From a virus (Duplodnaviria; Caudoviricetes), in the IMG/VR virus record IMGVR_UViG_3300044990_000705, positions 1 to 52,401 of that record: a DNA stretch of 52,401 nucleotides, one strand, 5' to 3'. Below are positions 38,464 through 47,535 of this stretch, one piece after another. Position 1 is the stretch's first letter, and each line of letters starts with the position of its first letter. A model generated the notes under the pieces. The model worked only from the letters and a program-made list of their open reading frames with translations. It had not been told where the DNA came from and made no database searches. The position numbers were made by a program, and so were the translations under genes.

Positions 38464-40831
38464 GTTGTTCCTTTACAAGTTTTTCATAAACAATTGTAAG
38501 TTCTTGTAAAGTTGATTCTTCATTAGTTGCTTTTATCTTCTTGCAATGGCCTTTGTAGAGATCAAGGCCGGCAACTATGTCAACGGGGATTATTAGTTGG
38601 TTACCATTAGGTAAGGTTAGTGGGGTTTCCAAACTACGCTTGATAAGTAATAATACTTTCGCATGGTACTCGAGTCCGAGGGATACTGGAATTTGAACTC
38701 CAACGGAGTCATGGACTTGGATAAGAAACTCCACTCCGTGAAATAGGGACTGGTTGTAGTATATGTATTCCACCCCTCTTTCATTAATGACATCTCCAAC
38801 AGTTCCTTGCGGGATACACGCATAAGCCTCCTTGAAAAGATCATCTCCCCATTCTTGTAGGAAGATAGTTTTGCGATTCATCAGGTTTGTGATAGTACGA
38901 TTATCACTAAGTTGCTTGCGAATATAAGCGTGATAATTATTACGAACTCCAGGATAGGACATGTGATAGCGATCAACAATAAACTTAGCGTCGGTCTCTG
39001 GAATTTCCAAGTAAAGTGCAAATGTTTTATAGCCAAGATCATAATTAAGACCGTGATTAGAACGCTTGCCAAAATATCTCCAGGTCTTATCACCTCCGCC
39101 AATAGGACAGCAAATATTTTCGTCATCTTGTCTTCGAACTTCTTCAACGCTCAAGCCACTTATCAGCGAACCAGTGAGAGAGTGCACATCAAGGTTGTTT
39201 TCAAAAGCTTCCATCATTTGAGTTACTTGGCCAACATAAGCAACAATGCGATTTTCAGCTTGGCTAAGGTCAAAGCCATAGTAAATGTAGCCCGGATCAG
39301 CTAGGAAAAGTTTGAGAATATCATGTGGCTGATTTTGCATATTAGTTCCAGAGCCAAATATACTTTCTCCAGAAGAAATCCTACTGTAGCGAGTCCCGAC
39401 AGGATTGTAAGCGCAACGCATACGATTGTCAGGATCGACTTTAGTAACATCAAGATAAGTTGACTTGCGCTTAGTTGCCCTACGGATTTCCAGAATCTTT
39501 GCTGCTTCCACATGACCTCTGCGAGCGATACGGACGAGAGCTTTTTCATCGGTAGTTACCTTTCCACCTTTCTTATATGGAGGTATGCGTTTGTTTACGT
39601 AGAAGTGGTTTATTAGTTGTTTAGGTGAGTTAGGGTTTAGTTCATATCCACAGATTTCATGCAATTCCTTCTTAAGTTCTTCAATCTTTATTTCAGCAGC
39701 TAAGAACTCTTTGTGCATAGCTTCTACATCAATCAAGATTCCCCGTTCCATAGCGTAGCATAGTGGCTCAACCATTTTAACTTGGCGTTCATAAGTGCCA
39801 ATGTTATCTTGGCCAGCCAGGGTTTCAATTTGCTGAGGAAATGTCTCACCACAGATGCTTGCATCAGTTGCATTGTACTGCCAGAGACGTGGCCAGTTAC
39901 CACCACTGAAATATTTTTTGCCTTCATCTTTGTAGTATTCTTTGTCGGTGTAGATGCTGGTTATGAAGTCCAGGCCAACAGGATAGTCAGGCATAATGAT
40001 CTTCTGGGCTATCATAGTATCGTCGATATTGTGAGTTTTGATTCCAAATCTGCGGAGCAAGAAGTGGGTGTCGAATATTAGATATTGTCCCCGCTTTTTG
40101 ATCTTTGGATTTTCAAGGATGCTTGCTATTTGTAGCCAGATTTCAAGGTCTTGATCGGGATTGAAGTAAAGTCCATGCTCGTTTATGAAAGGTATGGACA
40201 TTATCCTTTGATAATCCCAGCCGATAGCGATGCAAGATACTTCCATGTTCATAAGTTCGATGTCGAAGTCAATAGACATTCCAGCAAGGCCGTTTAGTTC
40301 GCAACTTTTAAGGTATTGCATAACTTGGGTGAAGGTAGGAGCGATTATAAGTTCACGCTGTGAACGATGGAAGCCACTTGCATTTATTCTGGCGGCCTTT
40401 GTAAGGTCCCATTGGATTAATAGCTTGTTGAGATATTGTCCCTCACCACCATATTTTAGTGGTATAGCGCATTCAGGGTGATAGGTAGGAATGATAAACT
40501 TGTTGGGGAGTTCAGGGATTTCAATCACACTTCCACGCCACTTGTTTACTTGTGGTCGATTGCAGAAGATCTTTAAGCATTGTTCGCCAAGAATCACCAC
40601 TGATTTGCAATTTATCTGGTCGAGTTCTTTAGCGATGGATGTTAAGCTAAATTCATCAGGTACTTCGCCGAATTGTTTAGCGATAGTAGTGCAATAGACA
40701 TTATTCCGTGATAGGCCAGAATTGCGTAGGCATTCATCAAGTATTTTACCTGCTGGGCCTGCAATAGGACGAGATTCTTTTAGTTCATCTCGTCCAAGGT
40801 TGGCAGATACTATGATTATTTTAGGATCCAT
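38441..40831 (-). CDS. polA: DNA polymerase family A with N-terminal UDG-like domain and 3'-5' exonuclease
   Basis: Motif A DLSQAENR, motif B KRSNHGLNY, motif C QVHDS; exonuclease DIE and YNATD; GPAGKIL..TYHP UDG-like. Confidence 0.92.
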   Translation of the reverse strand: MDPKIIIVSANLGRDELKESRPIAGPAGKILDECLRNSGLSRNNVYCTTIAKQFGEVPDEFSLTSIAKELDQINCKSVVILGEQCLKIFCNRPQVNKWRGSVIEIPELPNKFIIPTYHPECAIPLKYGGEGQYLNKLLIQWDLTKAARINASGFHRSQRELIIAPTFTQVMQYLKSCELNGLAGMSIDFDIELMNMEVSCIAIGWDYQRIMSIPFINEHGLYFNPDQDLEIWLQIASILENPKIKKRGQYLIFDTHFLLRRFGIKTHNIDDTMIAQKIIMPDYPVGLDFITSIYTDKEYYKDEGKKYFSGGNWPRLWQYNATDASICGETFPQQIETLAGQDNIGTYERQVKMVEPLCYAMERGILIDVEAMHKEFLAAEIKIEELKKELHEICGYELNPNSPKQLINHFYVNKRIPPYKKGGKVTTDEKALVRIARRGHVEAAKILEIRRATKRKSTYLDVTKVDPDNRMRCAYNPVGTRYSRISSGESIFGSGTNMQNQPHDILKLFLADPGYIYYGFDLSQAENRIVAYVGQVTQMMEAFENNLDVHSLTGSLISGLSVEEVRRQDDENICCPIGGGDKTWRYFGKRSNHGLNYDLGYKTFALYLEIPETDAKFIVDRYHMSYPGVRNNYHAYIRKQLSDNRTITNLMNRKTIFLQEWGDDLFKEAYACIPQGTVGDVINERGVEYIYYNQSLFHGVEFLIQVHDSVGVQIPVSLGLEYHAKVLLLIKRSLETPLTLPNGNQLIIPVDIVAGLDLYKGHCKKIKATNEESTLQELTIVYEKLVKEQHDRATNS

Positions 40832-40915
40832 TCAGCAATCTCCACATACATTAGCTTTGTTAGGTCAAAGGTGACAGGTTCAGGTGGATCAGTTGCGATG
40901 AAGCCGCAAGAGATG

Positions 40916-41170
40916 CTATTTGGTAGTGATAGTAGCAGAAGTAGTAACAGGTTTCGCAGCATTAGATGTTCCTCCAGTTTGCTTTTTCAACTCCTCAATG
41001 GTGGTAGATAGAGTTGCAGGAATTTTATCTTGTGGTCTGGATTGCTGGAAGATCCACAAGATTGATTTAAGAGCGTCAACGATTTGAGTTTGAATAATGC
41101 CACTTGGGCGCATGTTAAGAATTATTTTTTCCAGCTTACGAATATCATCTTCCATTTTTGTTTCCTTCAT
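40916..41170 (-). CDS. Hypothetical protein
   Basis: 84 aa ORF in the operon. Confidence 0.5.
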   Translation of the reverse strand: MKETKMEDDIRKLEKIILNMRPSGIIQTQIVDALKSILWIFQQSRPQDKIPATLSTTIEELKKQTGGTSNAAKPVTTSATITTK

Positions 41171-41456
41171 TTGATAGTAACATTAGAGCATTTGCAGCTA
41201 TGTGAGCAGCATGAGAGAGACCACTTTCAGAATCTACATTATGGTTATTGTGGATTTCTACAGCATGCCGAAAAATAGCAGCAAGGAGTTCATCAACAGG
41301 TATTCCTTTGCGATATGTGAAAGGTTCTCCATATTTACCAGCACCATATTCGAATACCTTCAAGACCTCAGTTGCTTCTTTGAATGGGAATATAGACCAA
41401 TTGCGTTTACCAGCAGTTTCTTTTGGTCCTCGGACGTTGCAGAGTTCTTCAGTCAT
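41145..41456 (-). CDS. DUF5664-like dATP/dGTP diphosphohydrolase domain protein
   Basis: V..YGAGKY...KG...A..RH...DSESGLSH.AH.A.N signature; ATG 41456 with GGAG. Confidence 0.8.
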   Translation of the reverse strand: MTEELCNVRGPKETAGKRNWSIFPFKEATEVLKVFEYGAGKYGEPFTYRKGIPVDELLAAIFRHAVEIHNNHNVDSESGLSHAAHIAANALMLLSNEGNKNGR

Positions 41457-41457
41457 T

Positions 41458-42048
41458 TTAGTTTTCTCCAAAAAAGATAGGAAGTTTGCTAGCAAAAGTG
41501 TTTCGAATATCAAAGAATAGTGATTGAGTTTGCGGATACACACCCTTTGTAGTGCGAATAGAGCAGATGTGTAGCCATTCACGCAGGTTAGCGGTCATTA
41601 CAAGTTCAGTTGCACAGCAGTTTGGTAAGATTTCACGTGCTTCTTGGGGCTTTAGGCCATTTTTTAGCATGGTTTGATATAACTGTTCAACATGGTCACA
41701 GAAATAGATAAATTCACTTGATGCTATTTGATAGTTATCAATATCATACCATTCAGGAATGATGAACTCAATGTTATCATAGCGAACATATCGTTGAGAT
41801 TCTTGTGAGAAAGAACATAAGCGATGGCGAACGATCTCGTGAGAGACAGCTCTGGAAGTTTTTATTCTCAGAGAACAGCTAACATGTTCAAGGACAGAGT
41901 GGTGGCCATTGCGGAAGATCATTCTGCAAAACTCTTCTGGATTTTTACCGTGAGATTGATAGCAAGTTCGGCCAGCTCTTTCGATTAGATCATAGGTGTC
42001 ATCAGGCCAAGGTTGTTCATATTGCCAGGATTGTTGGACTAGTTTCAT
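41458..42048 (-). CDS. thyX: FAD-dependent thymidylate synthase
   Basis: GHHSVLEH, HEIVRHR..SFSQESQRY, AREILP, NLREW. Confidence 0.95.
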   Translation of the reverse strand: MKLVQQSWQYEQPWPDDTYDLIERAGRTCYQSHGKNPEEFCRMIFRNGHHSVLEHVSCSLRIKTSRAVSHEIVRHRLCSFSQESQRYVRYDNIEFIIPEWYDIDNYQIASSEFIYFCDHVEQLYQTMLKNGLKPQEAREILPNCCATELVMTANLREWLHICSIRTTKGVYPQTQSLFFDIRNTFASKLPIFFGEN

Positions 42049-42057
42049 TTCATCGCC

Positions 42058-42080
42058 CTTTGTTTAAAAATTGAACATAG
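42058..42080. repeat. 23-bp palindromic motif, copy 14
   Basis: ctttgtttaaaaattgaacatag. Confidence 0.9.
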
Positions 42081-42227
42081 TTACGCCCATTCCCTCATGC
42101 TATCATAGCGATATTCAGCAGCATCTCGGGCGTTTTCCTCAGCAAGTCGCTCAGATTCAAGTTCTGCTTCTTCATCTTCAAATTCATCTTCGTCTGGCGG
42201 ATCGAGATTGTAGTCAGGAGTTTTCAT
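42081..42227 (-). CDS. 48-aa highly acidic peptide (not in ORF track)
   Basis: MKTPDYNLDPPDEDEFEDEEAELESERLAEENARDAAEYRYDSMREWA; AAAGGA RBS; ATGA coupling. Confidence 0.65.
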   Translation of the reverse strand: MKTPDYNLDPPDEDEFEDEEAELESERLAEENARDAAEYRYDSMREWA

Positions 42228-42331
42228 CTTAATTTCCTTTCGTCAAAGAAGTTTTTTATTATCACTAATAGTTCTTCAAATAATATTCCAAGTATAAGAC
42301 CAGCCACAAAAAACACAGTTTTAACAAGCAT
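42224..42331 (-). CDS. 35-aa membrane peptide (not in ORF track)
   Basis: MLVKTVFFVAGLILGILFEELLVIIKNFFDERKLR; GGAGG RBS; overlaps both neighbours. Confidence 0.5.
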   Translation of the reverse strand: MLVKTVFFVAGLILGILFEELLVIIKNFFDERKLR

Positions 42332-43652
42332 CTTGGCCTCCTCCAAAGTATTTTTCACACTTCAATACATATGAGTTACGATATTCTTCAGTCAGGTCAT
42401 AGCCAATAGGCATCATTTTGTTCAAAGCAGCAGCGATTAGAGTATTACCAGACCCAGCAAAAGGGACGAGAACCTTGGAGCCCTCAAATGCGAAAGTGGT
42501 TATTACTTCTGAAATCATTTCAAGTGGTCGTTCAGTAGGGTGCATTTTATTGCCTGGTGAAACAGGAGGGAATTGGAATATGTTAGAGCGGCCTTCTTTA
42601 GCCAGCACAGGTGAGCCTTTTGAAGCATAAAAGAACATTTCATAAGAGTTAGCAAGAATGCGACTTGGTTGCATAGTCTGGCCACCAGGCTTAGCCCAGA
42701 TGCAAGGTATGCGGCGGAGAGTAAAGCCAGCAGCAACCAGCCACTCATAGATATCATTGAACCAAGGCTCAGGGCCAAACCAGCAGAGGAGCCAGCTATT
42801 GTCAGCCATAACACGATAGCATTCGATAAATAGCTCACGCATCAGCTGTTCATACAAAGGAGCTGGGATTTCATTATAAGTTTCATTGCCAAAATTAGTA
42901 GCCATGCCAGATTTTTGGCTCTTCAGGTTGATGGCATAGGGTGGGTCGATTTCAACAAGGTTAAAGTGGCCATTTGGTAGTTGCTTTATGCCATCGAGAC
43001 AATTGCAGATTTGGTAAGAGGAGCAGATTTTATTCAGAAAGAGATTTTTGCTGCCCATCGCCGCTTCAGCACGCTTTGCAAGCTCGGCTCGGATGTAAGT
43101 TTCTTCAATCTTTCCCTTCAACTTCATTGCATCACTTTTAGTTTTGCACTTATTCCATTCAAGTTGAGGGAACTGGGCTACAGTTTCAGCCAATTTGATA
43201 TCTTGCGACAGGCTTGCAGGGCTAACACCAAGCACAGAAGCAATGTCACGCATAGATACTCCGCTAGCATCAGGGGCAGTGGAAGTCTTTTCACCATGGA
43301 TAGCCTTTTGGATTTCAAGTAGGTCCCGTTTAGCTTGACATTCTTCAAGGAAAGTAAAATCCTTGCGTTTGATGTTCTCCTCGATTTCAATAGACCTGAG
43401 TTCGAGCTCAGTTAGCTCTTTGTCATACACTCTGCAAGGGATCTCGGTATGGCCAAGGAAGCCACAAGCAGTGTAACGGCGTCCACCAGCCACGAGTTTG
43501 TACTTACCATCAGGCATAGTTGTGACAGTTATGGGATTTATGAGTTCTTTTTGCTTAATTGAGAGCGCCAAGTCCTCTATGTCACCATAATCTTCACGCT
43601 TTCGCTCGCCAAAAACTATATTCTTAATTGGAATATTTAAAAGTTGCATCAC
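42321..43652 (-). CDS. ParB/Srx + HTH + beta-class N4C/N6A DNA methyltransferase fusion
   Basis: LALSIK..LINPI.V..LVAGGRRYTA and EIEENIKRKD (ParB); SMRDIASVLGVSPASLSQ (HTH); DPPY, HPTERP, PFAGSG (MTase). Confidence 0.9.
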   Translation of the reverse strand: MMQLLNIPIKNIVFGERKREDYGDIEDLALSIKQKELINPITVTTMPDGKYKLVAGGRRYTACGFLGHTEIPCRVYDKELTELELRSIEIEENIKRKDFTFLEECQAKRDLLEIQKAIHGEKTSTAPDASGVSMRDIASVLGVSPASLSQDIKLAETVAQFPQLEWNKCKTKSDAMKLKGKIEETYIRAELAKRAEAAMGSKNLFLNKICSSYQICNCLDGIKQLPNGHFNLVEIDPPYAINLKSQKSGMATNFGNETYNEIPAPLYEQLMRELFIECYRVMADNSWLLCWFGPEPWFNDIYEWLVAAGFTLRRIPCIWAKPGGQTMQPSRILANSYEMFFYASKGSPVLAKEGRSNIFQFPPVSPGNKMHPTERPLEMISEVITTFAFEGSKVLVPFAGSGNTLIAAALNKMMPIGYDLTEEYRNSYVLKCEKYFGGGQDAC

Positions 43653-43873
43653 ATAGCTCCAAGTTCTGCTATAAGTTTCATTTTTGCTTCTTTGCTCATG
43701 CCATTTATAAGAGATTCAAGATTTATAGTCTTTGGCTTAGCCTTAGATTTGGCCTTGGATGGTTGTTTGTCAGGTTTAGTGCGCAAATTCTGGCGCCTTT
43801 CCAAGATAAGAGCCATTACTTGATCACGAGGCATTTCAAGTATGCTTAGACATAGGTTGTCTATTGTTGCCAT
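43649..43873 (-). CDS. Hypothetical basic protein
   Basis: 74 aa, Lys-rich middle. Confidence 0.6.
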   Translation of the reverse strand: MATIDNLCLSILEMPRDQVMALILERRQNLRTKPDKQPSKAKSKAKPKTINLESLINGMSKEAKMKLIAELGAM

Positions 43874-43875
43874 AG

Positions 43876-44130
43876 CTAATTCCCATGAGGTTCACGATTT
43901 TCACGTGGTTTTAGGTTGAGTTTGCAGATTTCATTAAGTGATAGCACACGAGTGGTGAAAGCTCCAATTACTTCTCCAGGCCCAAAGCGGTCACACATAG
44001 CTATCAGGTCATCTACGATAAGGCCAAAGACCATTTTCTTCATCCCATGCTGAATCATTATGCGATTTAGTTTGTTATGCTGGTCTTCAGTTAGGTCAAT
44101 TGAAAGTCGAGGTGAATATTCAGCTGCCAT
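43876..44130 (-). CDS. Hypothetical protein, possibly ribbon-helix-helix DNA binding
   Basis: PRLSIDLTEDQHNKL N-terminus; ATG 44130 with GGAG. Confidence 0.5.
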   Translation of the reverse strand: MAAEYSPRLSIDLTEDQHNKLNRIMIQHGMKKMVFGLIVDDLIAMCDRFGPGEVIGAFTTRVLSLNEICKLNLKPRENREPHGN

Positions 44131-44185
44131 TGCATTGTCTCCAAATGGTGATAGGTGAGATGGCCACGATAGTAACCATCCCACC

Positions 44186-44208
44186 CTTTGTTTAAAAATT
44201 GAACATAG
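44186..44208. repeat. 23-bp palindromic motif, copy 15
   Basis: ctttgtttaaaaattgaacatag, abutting a stop codon. Confidence 0.9.
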
Positions 44209-44601
44209 TTACATGAACTTAGTGATAGTATTCACTGGTGCGCCATCTTGATCTTTGCCTACACCCAGGATAGCCCAGCCTTCAGATCCCTTGATTGCCT
44301 CAAGATCAATCTCTGCCGTAGTGTCGATGTCGAAAGCCTTGAAGAAGTTAATCAAGTCGAGCTTGGACTTGTTAAGGTTCTTCGGCTCCATGCCAGCATG
44401 TGGGAGTTCAAGATACTTGCCAAATTCTTTGAAGTATGGGTCATCAGGATTTTCAAAGAAGGGCATAATGAAGCGATTTCCCTTCTTCGAAGTCCCCTCA
44501 ATTATGTTGATGATGCGAAGTTTTGCCTCTGATCCAGCAGGCAGGACAGTAGGTTCAAATGTGTCAGACAGGTTGATAGAGGTAAGGTCGAGAATAGTCA
44601 T
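44209..44601 (-). CDS. Putative ssDNA-binding protein (DUF669-like)
   Basis: LPAG..L.I....SKKGN OB-like pattern; directly after the Sak4-like ATPase. Confidence 0.55.
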   Translation of the reverse strand: MTILDLTSINLSDTFEPTVLPAGSEAKLRIINIIEGTSKKGNRFIMPFFENPDDPYFKEFGKYLELPHAGMEPKNLNKSKLDLINFFKAFDIDTTAEIDLEAIKGSEGWAILGVGKDQDGAPVNTITKFM

Positions 44602-44626
44602 TTTTAGGTCCTTTCATTTAGATGAT

Positions 44627-45457
44627 TTAGATTATTGTTTTGTCTTCATGGTTGATTTTGGCTTTCTTTAAGATCGCTTTAATGTTGGCTTCTTCATACT
44701 GCGACAGCAGACCATCCTTTGCCAACCGAGAACGGGCAACATAGGTGCCAGTTGATTGAGTGAGGATTCGGTAGTCAACTCCTTTCGAGCCACTTTTTGG
44801 GCTCATTACCCAGATCTCGTCAAAGAGAAGAGGGATAGTTTGTACACCTTTGCCTGTGGTAGCGTAGCGATAGGATACGCCGCCAGTTACTTCATCCTTG
44901 TAGCTTTCCAGGTGGCCAGTTAGGATGAAATCACAGGGAAGTGAGAGTAGCTCACGTAGCCAGTTACGGATTTCAATCTTTTGTGGGTTATAGTCATGGG
45001 TGAAGCGGGGAGCAGCACCGGCCAGGCCAGCACGCTTCAAGATTTCGTTCATGATAGATTCAGCCCAAGTAGTGCTGCTATCGAGGCAATAAGTGCCAAG
45101 CATTTCAAAATAGCCAAGTTGCTCACGCTTAGCCATTTCTTTCTTCCAAAGCTCGAAAGCAAAGGGTTTTTTAGGATCTTCATTGCCATAGCGAGAATCG
45201 ACAATCACTTCACCCTTTTTAATATACTCATCAAGGCCCTTAGCACCACCAGGGTCGAAAGAGTCAATGTGGACAGGCTTGCGAGCAGTTCTCATCAGGA
45301 AGGTCTTTCCACTGCCGCTTTCACCAAGCAATAGACAATTGAAGCTATGGTTGCTCTTATCCTCGGCGTACATTGACTGAAGTTTAGCAACCTCCGCTTT
45401 TATTTTCAGCATCTTTTCATCGTTCATTTTCATTTTCCACTTTAGGATTGAGGCCAA
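44627..45457 (-). CDS. AAA_24/Sak4-like ATPase (recombination)
   Basis: LLLGESGSGKT, LDS, ILTGH, FDEI; true start probably 45427 or 45433. Confidence 0.75.
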   Translation of the reverse strand: MASILKWKMKMNDEKMLKIKAEVAKLQSMYAEDKSNHSFNCLLLGESGSGKTFLMRTARKPVHIDSFDPGGAKGLDEYIKKGEVIVDSRYGNEDPKKPFAFELWKKEMAKREQLGYFEMLGTYCLDSSTTWAESIMNEILKRAGLAGAAPRFTHDYNPQKIEIRNWLRELLSLPCDFILTGHLESYKDEVTGGVSYRYATTGKGVQTIPLLFDEIWVMSPKSGSKGVDYRILTQSTGTYVARSRLAKDGLLSQYEEANIKAILKKAKINHEDKTII

Positions 45458-45610
45458 GAAAATTGGCTATTGTTTTGTAGATTATTTTAAGTTCATCTTT
45501 TGTGTATGAGCAAGAGAACTTCTGGCCATTCTTTCTTATCAAAACCAGATCAAAAAGTTCTTCTCCGCTACGATTGTGAGTGTAGTGAAAGTCTTGGATT
45601 ATGTAGGCTT

Positions 45611-45787
45611 TTATCTTCTTGCCTCCAGTTCTTCCAGTTCTTCCATGCGCACAAGTAATTCAAGAATCCTTCCTTCAAGCTGACTACAATAATTATTCAT
45701 CGCAGTGATTTCTTTGTTTCTATTCTCAATTTCTTCAACAAAATCACCTAAGACATCTATGTTGTAGGTATTTAAAGTAGGTCTCAT
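45611..45787 (-). CDS. 58-aa coiled-coil peptide (not in ORF track)
   Basis: MRPTLNTYNIDVLGDFVEEIENRNKE...; AAAGGA RBS formed by motif copy 16. Confidence 0.5.
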   Translation of the reverse strand: MRPTLNTYNIDVLGDFVEEIENRNKEITAMNNYCSQLEGRILELLVRMEELEELEARR

Positions 45788-45796
45788 TGTTGTTTC

Positions 45797-45819
45797 CTTT
45801 GTTTAAAAATTGAACATAG
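45797..45819. repeat. 23-bp palindromic motif, copy 16
   Basis: ctttgtttaaaaattgaacatag, abutting a stop codon. Confidence 0.9.
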
Positions 45820-46782
45820 TTATATCGCAATAGTTTTCTTGGCTTCTTTTGCCAAAGGATCCCAAAATTCCTTCACAAATCCCATAGGAACATCCCCACA
45901 CCTATTCAGCGGATTAGGCCAAGCAATGCAGAAAGGATGAAAGATACAAAGTTTGCCGTAATCAAGGCAAGCAGAAGAATTAATAGGGAAGTAGCCGAGA
46001 ACTTCGCCATCAAGAGCATCAGGCCCATTAGCCATTGAAGTATGATACTTAATTTCTTCAAAAATCCAGTTAATACGTGAGAGCCAAACTTGCATTTGGT
46101 CTTTGGATTTTGCGATAGGCTCACGAATGAATTCCCAAGGGAGTTTGTTCTTAGTTCTGCCAGTTGCATTTATATCCTTCCAGCTATTTTTAGCTTTAGA
46201 AATAAAAAGACCATTCATAGTTATGCAGTCAACTTCGTTTTGACCAAAGAGACAATTTAGTGCGTGGGTGTAAGTGCCAACTTGCACACTCAACAACCAT
46301 TGCTCAGCCCACAAGTAGGTGCTGGATGCAGTTTTATGTTCAAGGGAGAACACTTTTCCACTTTTGCGATCCCTAAGGATTGAATCCATCCGTAGGGCGA
46401 TAGAGTCAACTCCATTAATAGCCACAGTGCCAGCTATTTCGGTGTAGAGGACATCAAAGTTTTCGAGATCACGTTTGTAGTTGTTAGCATAAGCATTCAA
46501 AATGTGAAAGAAATTTTGGGGAGTTTTGGGTTCGAAGATTTCATCTTGGCTTTCACTAAAAGTTTTGCGATATTCAGCCAGGAATAGATCAAAGGCACCC
46601 ATGATGCTGTTGTTGTCATAGCCATTCAGCAGCAGATGCTCAAGAGCCACATGGACAGCAGAGCCAAAAACAAGGTGATTTGAAATTGTCTCACTTTGCC
46701 AGCCAAGATAATGGCGATACATGTAATAGCGAGGGCATTTTAGAAAGTCATTTATTTTGCTTGAGTCAAGAACAAGTTCCAC
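45820..46782 (-). CDS. PD-(D/E)xK Cas4/RecB-like exonuclease
   Basis: S.I..F..CPR, FGSAVH..LE, RMD..LEHKT, three C-terminal Cys (Fe-S staple). Confidence 0.85.
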   Translation of the reverse strand: MELVLDSSKINDFLKCPRYYMYRHYLGWQSETISNHLVFGSAVHVALEHLLLNGYDNNSIMGAFDLFLAEYRKTFSESQDEIFEPKTPQNFFHILNAYANNYKRDLENFDVLYTEIAGTVAINGVDSIALRMDSILRDRKSGKVFSLEHKTASSTYLWAEQWLLSVQVGTYTHALNCLFGQNEVDCITMNGLFISKAKNSWKDINATGRTKNKLPWEFIREPIAKSKDQMQVWLSRINWIFEEIKYHTSMANGPDALDGEVLGYFPINSSACLDYGKLCIFHPFCIAWPNPLNRCGDVPMGFVKEFWDPLAKEAKKTIAI

Positions 46783-46796
46783 TTTGTTTTCTCCAT

Positions 46797-47090
46797 TTAA
46801 AGGATTATTACTCGTTCAATATATTCTTTGTTTTTAGCGTTCCACAATAGCAGATTGAGGCGTTTGTGCAGGTTAGCAAAATAGGCACAAGCAATGGAGT
46901 TCATAATAGCCAGGCCACTTAGCAGCAGATAATCACCAGGCTCAGATAGGTCAAGGGATTCTCCAAACTTGCGATACATAGCCACGCAGTCGAAGCGATT
47001 TAGGTTACCCTTTGACATGAAAACCAGAGAGCCAAACTTTTCAGCAGAGCTGTAGTCATGGCAACTTTTGTTTACTATATAAACGTTCAT
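46797..47090 (-). CDS. Hypothetical protein
   Basis: 97 aa ORF in the operon. Confidence 0.6.
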   Translation of the reverse strand: MNVYIVNKSCHDYSSAEKFGSLVFMSKGNLNRFDCVAMYRKFGESLDLSEPGDYLLLSGLAIMNSIACAYFANLHKRLNLLLWNAKNKEYIERVIIL

Positions 47091-47092
47091 AG

Positions 47093-47287
47093 TTATTCAT
47101 CCTTGTCGATGAAATAATACTGGTGACTTGCTCTACAGGCAAGAATGATTTTGTTATCTTCAATATGACAGAAAGGACATCGGTCAGAGCAGGGGCGTTG
47201 CTTTTCAGGGCAAGTCATAGTCATGCCATTGCGAATTAGGACTTGCTCACTCTGGCCTTCATTCAGCACATATTCACGAAGTTTCAT
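47093..47287 (-). CDS. Cys-rich hypothetical protein
   Basis: CP....C...CPFC pattern. Confidence 0.55.
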   Translation of the reverse strand: MKLREYVLNEGQSEQVLIRNGMTMTCPEKQRPCSDRCPFCHIEDNKIILACRASHQYYFIDKDE

Positions 47288-47290
47288 TAG

Positions 47291-47500
47291 TTATATCTCC
47301 ATTATTTTGTATTTAACTGCTTCATTCACAGCATTAAGGAGAGACTTATTTGAATCAAAAGACATTCCGCCGACCAGGATGTGATAGTAGTCAACATACT
47401 TCACATCAAGCATTGGACGGATGGCACTACATTCAGATATATCAATGTAAGCGCCAGGGAAGACTTTTTCAAGTTTGTCAAGAGCTTCTTTTCTTGTCAT
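47291..47500 (-). CDS. Hypothetical protein
   Basis: 69 aa, AGGAGG RBS. Confidence 0.6.
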   Translation of the reverse strand: MTRKEALDKLEKVFPGAYIDISECSAIRPMLDVKYVDYYHILVGGMSFDSNKSLLNAVNEAVKYKIMEI

Positions 47501-47509
47501 TTTAGCCTC

Positions 47510-47532
47510 CTATGTTTAATTTTTGAACATAG
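47510..47532. repeat. 23-bp palindromic motif, copy 17
   Basis: ctatgtttaatttttgaacatag. Confidence 0.9.
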
Positions 47533-47535
47533 TTA

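Noticed and set aside
41145-41456. Z-genome (2-aminoadenine) or other base-modification pathway
   Set aside because: A DUF5664-like gene is present, but no PurZ, Que/Dpd or hydroxymethylase genes were recognised
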